Notes under the pieces: model-generated
The model's database searches: none
Seen by the model: only the letters and a program-made list of their open reading frames with translations
Told to the model about the DNA's origin: nothing
Source: Alphaproteobacteria bacterium
GTDB lineage: Bacteria > Pseudomonadota > Alphaproteobacteria > SP197
Reading direction: 5' to 3'
Assembly (NCBI GenBank): GCA_009694045.1
Contig: SHVY01000007.1
Span: 1,786 to 65,785 of the forward strand
DNA: 64,000 bases
In this document: piece by piece, positions 58,477-64,000 of the stretch
Layout: each line of letters begins with the position of its first letter
How positions within the stretch are numbered: position 1 is the first letter of the stretch
Made by a program: the position numbers and the translations under genes

Positions 58477-59586
58477 TCACGACACCGCACGCAAGGGGAC
58501 GCGGGCCGTCTCGGGCGCGAGCGTCAGTTCCGTGAAGGGATGGACACAAGGGGTGCCGTCGGCGACCCACAGGGTCGCGTCGGCCGGCCGGGCGATCATC
58601 GCCGCGCGGGATTCGCAAGAGGACAGGCCCGGCGCCACGTGGGCGCAGATGCCCATGGGGTAGTCCGCGTGGTCCGCCAGGCAGCGTTGCAGGTACTCGG
58701 GCCCGCCGCCGGCCGCCAACAATTGCCGCATGCGGCCTTCGCGCACGATGGTGCTCTGGCCGTAGGTGCCGAGGCCGAGGTCCCGCAACGCCGGCGACCG
58801 GATGTGGTTGGCGCAGGCGAACACGTCGTCCTGAACGTAGGCGATGGCGTGGCGGGTCGCGCTCGATTCCAGGTCGATGATGCCGAAGGGCGACGCGATC
58901 ACGTAGTGGATGCCGACCGTGCGCCGCGCCTCGGTTACCGCCTCGGCCGCGTCGCCCAGGCGGCGCTTGCCCAGGATCATCCGGCCGATCACGGGCGCCG
59001 GCAGGCCGGGACGCTGGTCCGCGACCAGGATGGCGCTGCCGACAAAGGCGATGCCGGCCGCATTGATGCCGAATTCCGCCATGATACCAGCGTGGCCGAC
59101 CACGAGCTGGTCCGGCTCCCCGCCGCCGACCACGATGCGAAAGACGATCGGCGTCCACAGCGGCTCGATGTCGTAGGTCTGGCCGATGTAGACGCCGCGC
59201 GCGTCCAGCGGTCCCGACTGGACCCCGAACAACGTGCAGCCACGCGCTGCGTGCATCGCCGTTCGCACCGAAGGCACCCGCAGCCGGCGGATTTTCGCGA
59301 CGCAAGTGAGTGTCAGGATGGTGTCGTAGTCGACGCCGGCACCTTCGGCGATGCCTTCCATCTCCTGGTGCAGGCCGGGCGCACCTTGCCGGATGTGCGG
59401 ATCGTGTTCGCGGGCGTAGGCGCGCATCTCGGCGTCGGACACGGTCGGCGCATCGCCGTCCGGCGCCACCATCATGGCGCGGAAGGCTTCGTGCAGGTCG
59501 CGGATCTCGCGCTTCAGCGTCTCTCCGTGCTGCCGGCCCCGCTCGCGCGGCGCTCCCCGCAGTTCGACGACCCTGATCCCGCTCAT
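58477..59586 (-). CDS. Peptidase C45 / acyl-CoA:6-aminopenicillanic-acid acyltransferase-like Ntn-hydrolase family protein
   Basis: About 369 aa from MSGIRVVELRGAPRERGRQHGE. Candidate autoproteolytic Gly-Cys site (ARGCTLFG). ATGA overlap with the upstream PhyH gene stop. Confidence 0.6.
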   Translation of the reverse strand: MSGIRVVELRGAPRERGRQHGETLKREIRDLHEAFRAMMVAPDGDAPTVSDAEMRAYAREHDPHIRQGAPGLHQEMEGIAEGAGVDYDTILTLTCVAKIRRLRVPSVRTAMHAARGCTLFGVQSGPLDARGVYIGQTYDIEPLWTPIVFRIVVGGGEPDQLVVGHAGIMAEFGINAAGIAFVGSAILVADQRPGLPAPVIGRMILGKRRLGDAAEAVTEARRTVGIHYVIASPFGIIDLESSATRHAIAYVQDDVFACANHIRSPALRDLGLGTYGQSTIVREGRMRQLLAAGGGPEYLQRCLADHADYPMGICAHVAPGLSSCESRAAMIARPADATLWVADGTPCVHPFTELTLAPETARVPLRAVS

Positions 59587-60473
59587 CGTGCCGCCTCGGC
59601 CCGGGCGAAGCTCGGGTTCAGCAGATAGTCCTGCTTGGCGTACAGGGTATCGGCCTCGACCGGTGACTCGGGCAGGGGCATGCGCACCGGCAGGGCGACC
59701 ATGCGCGGGGTCAGGCTGGGCTCGCCGACCACCATGTCGGCCTTGAGCCTGGCGTAATCCGCCGCACCCGGATAGGCGAGTGGCCAGGCGTCGCCCGCCG
59801 CCAGCTCGTGAAACAACACGCGCCGCGGCTTGTCCGACCGGTTCAGGTCGGAACCGTGCAGCATCCGCACGTGATGCACGGTCATCGCCCCGGCCGGCGC
59901 CGTCACGGCGACCGCCCGTGATACGTCCAGTCCCGTGGCAACCCGGTCGATGCCGCCGCAGAAGAAGCCGCCGCTGGTGTGATCGTAGATCGGCCCCTTG
60001 TGGCTGCCCGGCACCACAAGGAGCGGCGCGTTCTCCAGACCCATGTCGTCGAGCGGCAGGCCGATCGCCAGCAGATCGTCGTTGGTGTGGGGGTAGTACG
60101 CCCAGTCCTGGTGCCATTCCACCGGCGTGCCATGGCGCGGCGCCTTGATGTTGACCTTGCCCCCCAACAGCCGCACCGACGGCCCCAGCAGCGTGGTCAG
60201 CACATCGAGGATTCGGGGAAAGCTCAGAAGCCGGCGGTAATACGGGTGGGCGTAGGCCGCCGCCTTGACCCGCCGCACCCGGGGCGCCTCCGGCTTGTGC
60301 CCGGTGTCGAGTTCCAGCACGTCGTCGCTGGCCGTCATCCACCGCGCCCGCGCCAGCATCTCGTCGGTGACGGCGCGGAGTGTCTCCAACTCGGTCGCGC
60401 TCAATGCGTCCGGCACCACCAGGTACCCCCGGTCCCGGTAGAACGCTACGTCGGCAGCGGAGAGCACGGTCAT
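59583..60473 (-). CDS. Phytanoyl-CoA dioxygenase (PhyH) family Fe(II)/2-oxoglutarate-dependent oxygenase
   Basis: Start taken at MTVLSAADVAFYRDRGYLVV. HxD...H facial triad candidates (WHQDWAY ... HHVRMLHGS). Confidence 0.7.
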   Translation of the reverse strand: MTVLSAADVAFYRDRGYLVVPDALSATELETLRAVTDEMLARARWMTASDDVLELDTGHKPEAPRVRRVKAAAYAHPYYRRLLSFPRILDVLTTLLGPSVRLLGGKVNIKAPRHGTPVEWHQDWAYYPHTNDDLLAIGLPLDDMGLENAPLLVVPGSHKGPIYDHTSGGFFCGGIDRVATGLDVSRAVAVTAPAGAMTVHHVRMLHGSDLNRSDKPRRVLFHELAAGDAWPLAYPGAADYARLKADMVVGEPSLTPRMVALPVRMPLPESPVEADTLYAKQDYLLNPSFARAEAAR

Positions 60474-60784
60474 CCCGGCGAATATAGCACCGATTCCGAG
60501 AGGAGCGCCTCCGCGATCGCCGCCCATTCCTCGGGCAGCGGGACCGTGGCCGGAGATTTCCTCGCCAGCCGGTACCAATGGCCCGCGTTCTTCGGATCGC
60601 CCTCCTTGCGGTGCAGATAGGCGTGCACCCAGGCGCCGATCGCGTCGTCCTGGGCCTGCGCGCATTCATGGGCTTTCGCCCAATCCCCCTTGGCCTCCCA
60701 CCACAGCGCCTGGAGCGCCGACGACAAGCCTTCCGGTGGCGCGGGCGCCGCGAGCGATGTTTGGAAGGTTGCGAGGGTTGTCAT
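60470..60784 (-). CDS. Small conserved hypothetical protein (104 aa), first gene of the PhyH/C45/AcuI operon
   Basis: Non-biased composition (ALQALWWEAKGDWAKAHECAQ...). Its stop overlaps the PhyH start. Confidence 0.45.
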   Translation of the reverse strand: MTTLATFQTSLAAPAPPEGLSSALQALWWEAKGDWAKAHECAQAQDDAIGAWVHAYLHRKEGDPKNAGHWYRLARKSPATVPLPEEWAAIAEALLSESVLYSPG

Positions 60785-60793
60785 GGCCTCAGC

Positions 60794-62668
60794 CTAGCGC
60801 ACTTCCACGAGTCCAACTCCATAACTGTCATCGCCCGGCTTGACCGGGCGACCCAGGGATGCCGGGCTCGGAGCGTGTTGCCCTGGATGCCCCGATCGAG
60901 TCGGGGCATGACATTCTGGATGATACAATCCGCGCGTCATTACCTCCGGAAGCCCGACCTTGCGCAGGGCGTCGACAAATTTCGCTGTGAGGTCGGGGCG
61001 GTAAGGATGGAACGCGCCAGAGTCCTTCGCTGAGAGCTGAGGTCGCAAGCGGATCGCCTCGGCCAAGTGCTTGCGCCCTTCGTCGAGCCGCCCCAACTCG
61101 GCGAGCGTCGCGGCGCGGAAGTAGTGCATCACGTAATACTCGTAGATCGGCATCCGCGAGAATACACGGATGGCCTCTTCATATATTGACCCCGTAGAAA
61201 GGCCACGGTCCCCACCAGCTCCATCTCCCACGACGTCACCAAGGGATCAATCGTATCCCGCGCTCAGCCGAGGCCAAGGCTTGGTCGAACTGGCCGCGCC
61301 AGACGTGGACCCAACCGCCGAGGGACGCCAAGGACGGGTTGTTCGGATTGATGGCCAGAGACTTTTCCACGCAGGCGTTCGACTCTTCGTCTCGCCCAAG
61401 GATCGGGCAGATGTACGCAAGGCGTGCATAAGCGTCTGCGTCTCTGTCATCGCGCTCGAGCGCCTTCATCAGCAAAGCGTAGACCTGCTCGTAATGGTCC
61501 TCGCTGCCCGAAAACACTCCGATCATGTGCTCCGCGTTCGCCATAGCGGAGAACGCCCGCCCGAAGCTTGGGTCCATCACCGAGGCGTGTTCGAACATTT
61601 CGCACGCACGCGCATGTATTCGAGGTTATTTCGATTGAGAAGTTCCATGCCCGCCAAATAGAGCTCGTAGGCATCGACCGGTGGCGCCTGTTTGCGCTTG
61701 AGCGCGGCGAGTTCGGCCTTGGTGACGTGGCCGGCGACGCGCCAGACGAGGGTCTCGACGATCTCGTCTTGCAGGGCGAATACATCCTCCAGGTCGCGGT
61801 CGTACTTCTCGGCCCAGAGGTGCGAAGCCGTCTCCGCGTCGATGAGCTGGGCGGTGATGCGGAGGTGCTTGCCCGATTTGCGCACGCTGCCCTCGACGAT
61901 GTAGCGCACGCCCAGTTGCCGGGCGGCCTCGGGGATCGGCACCGACTTGCCCTTGAACACGAACGACGAGTTGCGGGCGATCACGAACAGCCCGTGGTGG
62001 CGGGCGAGCGCCGTGATCAGATCCTCGGTGATGCCGTCGGAGAAGTATTCCTGCTCCGGGTCCCCCGACATGTTGGCGAACGGCAGTACCGCGATCGACT
62101 GCCGCCGCAGCGCATCCTCGCCCCGGCCGGCGGTGGCGTGGGCGGGTTCGGAAACATCGACCCGGTACGCGCAAACCGGATTGGCGATGTTGTGGAGGGT
62201 TTGGTCGCCGAGGTCCTCGAAGCGGCCGGGCGCCTTGCCCTTAATCTGCTCATGGACCGCGCGGGAGATCACCAAACCGCCAGGTTCGGCGATCTTCTCC
62301 AGTCGCGCGGCGATGTTCACCCCGTCGCCGTGGATGGTTGCGCCGTCGACGATCACCTCGCCCAGGTTCACGCCCATGCGGAAGCGCATCCGCCGGTCCT
62401 CCGGCAACTCGGCGTTCAACTCGGCGAGCTTGTCCTGGACCTCGACGGCACAGGCGACCGCCTGGGTCGCGGTGGCGAACTCGACCAGCAGGCCGTCCCC
62501 CGCCTCGCCGACCACCCGGCCGCCGTGGCGGCGCAAGGCCGGCTCCACGTGATCCGAGCGCAGCAGCTTGAAGCGGGCGAGCGTGCCCGCCTCGTCCGCC
62601 GCCATCAGGCGCGAGTACCCCACGACATCAGCAGCAAGGATCGCCGCGAGCCGACGGTCCACGCGCAC
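60794..62668 (-). pseudogene. Adenylate/guanylate cyclase + TolB-N-like + TPR protein, split into three ORFs by frameshifts
   Basis: 61577-62668 holds the cyclase homology domain (LAADVVGYSRLM...GDGVNIAARLE) plus a TolB-N-like region. 61236-61598 and 60794-61231 are consecutive TPR segments in different frames (junctions at about 61590 and about 61233). The TPR part is lower in GC than its surroundings. Confidence 0.6.
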
Positions 62669-62783
62669 TCCTCCCTAGAGTCCGGCCATTCTAACCGAAC
62701 GGCCGGGCTTGACGTGTCGCCGTGGTTGACGGCGTCCGGCCCGGCCCCGCATCCTCCCGCCCGTTTCAGGGACGGGGACACCG

Positions 62784-64000
62784 ATGAAGGCATCCGATCT
62801 GTTCGTGCGCTGCCTCGAGGCCGAGGGCGTGACCCACATCTTTGGCCTGCCGGGCGAGGAGAACGCGGATCTGATGATCTCGCTGCTCGACAGCCCGATC
62901 AAGTTCGTCCTCTGCCGGCACGAGCAGGGCGCCGCCTTCATGGCCGACGTCTATGGCCGGCTTACCGGCCGCACGGGGGTGTGCCTGGCAACGCTTGGGC
63001 CCGGCGCCACCAATCTGGTGACCGGCGTCGCCGACGCCAACATGGACCGGGCACCCCTGGTCGCGATCATCGGCCAGGTGGGCACCTACCGGCTGCACAA
63101 AGAAAGTCACCAGAACATGGATTCGATCGCCATGTTCCGGCCGATCACCAAGTGGGCCCAGTCGATCGGCAACGCCGACGGCATCGCCGAGATCGTGCGC
63201 AAGGCGTTCAAGCTGGCGGAAGCCGAGAAGCCGGGTGCTACCGTCATCGAGCTGCCCGAGGACGTGGCCAAGCACGACACCGCGAGCCTGCCGCTCATCC
63301 CCACCCGCACCCGCCGGGCGGCGGCCGACCACAAGGTCGTGGCCCAGGCCGCGGCCTTGATCGGCCGGGCCAAGCATCCGATCATCCTGGCGGGCAACGG
63401 CGCCATCCGCAAACGGGCGGCGAAGCAGCTCGTCCGCTTCGCCCACAAGACCGGGATTCCGGTGGTCAACACCTTCATGGGCAAGGGTGCCGTGCCGCGC
63501 GACGATCCGCATGCGCTGTTCACCATGGGCCTCCAGGGCAATGACCACGTCAACCTGGCGATCGACGCGGCGGATCTGGTGATCGCCATCGGCTACGACC
63601 TGGTCGAGTACAGCCCGGCGCACTGGAACAAGACCCCGGGCAACAAGCAGATCATCCACCTGGACTTCTGGCCGGCCGAGGTGGACAGCGCCTATCCGGT
63701 GGCGGTCGAGATCGTCGCGGACCTGGCCAATGCGCTGTGGCAGCTCAACGAGGAATTGAACAACCGGTTCGAGACCCGGCTGCCCCTGTTCAAGATCCAC
63801 AAATGGGCGAAGCTCCGGTCCGAGATCCTGGCCGATTTCGCCATGGAGAAGGACGACGACTCCTTCCCCATGAAGCCGCAGCGGATTCTATGGGACGTGC
63901 GCGAGGCGATGGGGCCCGCGGACATCCTGCTGTCCGACGTGGGCGCCCATAAGATGTGGATCTCCCGCTACTACCAGTGCGACGAGCCAAACACCTGCCT
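62784..64000 (+). CDS. Thiamine-diphosphate-dependent acetolactate synthase-like enzyme (large subunit), 3' partial at the window edge
   Basis: MKASDLFVRCLEAEGVTHIFGLPGEENADLM is the canonical ALS/TPP-enzyme N-terminus. Open to the end of the window. Not in the ORF track because no stop falls inside the window. Confidence 0.8.
   Translation, partial: MKASDLFVRCLEAEGVTHIFGLPGEENADLMISLLDSPIKFVLCRHEQGAAFMADVYGRLTGRTGVCLATLGPGATNLVTGVADANMDRAPLVAIIGQVGTYRLHKESHQNMDSIAMFRPITKWAQSIGNADGIAEIVRKAFKLAEAEKPGATVIELPEDVAKHDTASLPLIPTRTRRAAADHKVVAQAAALIGRAKHPIILAGNGAIRKRAAKQLVRFAHKTGIPVVNTFMGKGAVPRDDPHALFTMGLQGNDHVNLAIDAADLVIAIGYDLVEYSPAHWNKTPGNKQIIHLDFWPAEVDSAYPVAVEIVADLANALWQLNEELNNRFETRLPLFKIHKWAKLRSEILADFAMEKDDDSFPMKPQRILWDVREAMGPADILLSDVGAHKMWISRYYQCDEPNTC

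Noticed and set aside
58477-60669. Single 730-aa minus-strand ORF spanning the C45 and PhyH genes
   Set aside because: Only the C-terminal about 369 codons (from MSGIRVV, 59586) look protein-like. Upstream of that the frame is Arg/Pro-rich, and the PhyH gene is clearly in another frame with an ATGA junction. I treated them as two genes.

Overview
High-GC (about two-thirds G+C) chromosomal segment that looks alphaproteobacterial, from synteny and protein content: secA, aroK-aroB, accA, xerD, rimK cluster, cobS-cobT, bolA, rpmB, plus the ethylmalonyl-CoA pathway markers mcl and meaB. I count roughly 60 protein-coding genes, most of them housekeeping or metabolic. I see no rRNA or tRNA genes, no CRISPR array and no recognisable prophage structural genes.

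Observations not explained by ordinary gene content, most to least interesting:
1. A family of four intergenic palindromic elements bounded by CTAGTG...CACTAG termini. Two copies sit after the frameshifted gene and after cobS; two more form a tandem inverted pair with mutually complementary loops. In two cases the element supplies the TAG stop codon of the upstream gene.
2. A compact regulatory island: an S24/LexA-like HTH repressor divergent from a GcrA-like DNA-binding domain fused to a zinc finger, flanked by a small ORF with a TATAAT promoter and a small HTH-like ORF that has no usable stop.
3. An uncharacterised catabolic gene set: small conserved protein, PhyH-family dioxygenase, peptidase-C45/acyltransferase-like Ntn hydrolase and AcuI/YhdH reductase, next to a PotABCD-like ABC importer, a PadR-like regulator and an omega-transaminase.
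4. A type II toxin-antitoxin pair (DUF4258-like toxin, MqsA/YgiT-like HTH antitoxin) with a 4-nt ATGA overlap and a perfect palindrome over the -10 region.
5. A (GGCCTT)n hexanucleotide microsatellite upstream of cobS.
6. A (CCGG)n tract at a frameshift in an ABC ATPase gene.
7. A poly-C(8) tract in the divergent CHASE2-cyclase / type I secretion promoter region.
8. Several multi-frameshift or nonsense-disrupted genes: a YdbH/AsmA-like gene, a NYN-domain gene, an ABC ATPase and a TPR-adenylate cyclase. These are either real gene decay or local sequence errors.
9. A partial DUF262-like gene start at the left window edge.

Coordinates I derived by reading the printed sequence (as opposed to taking them from the ORF track) may be off by 1-2 nt.
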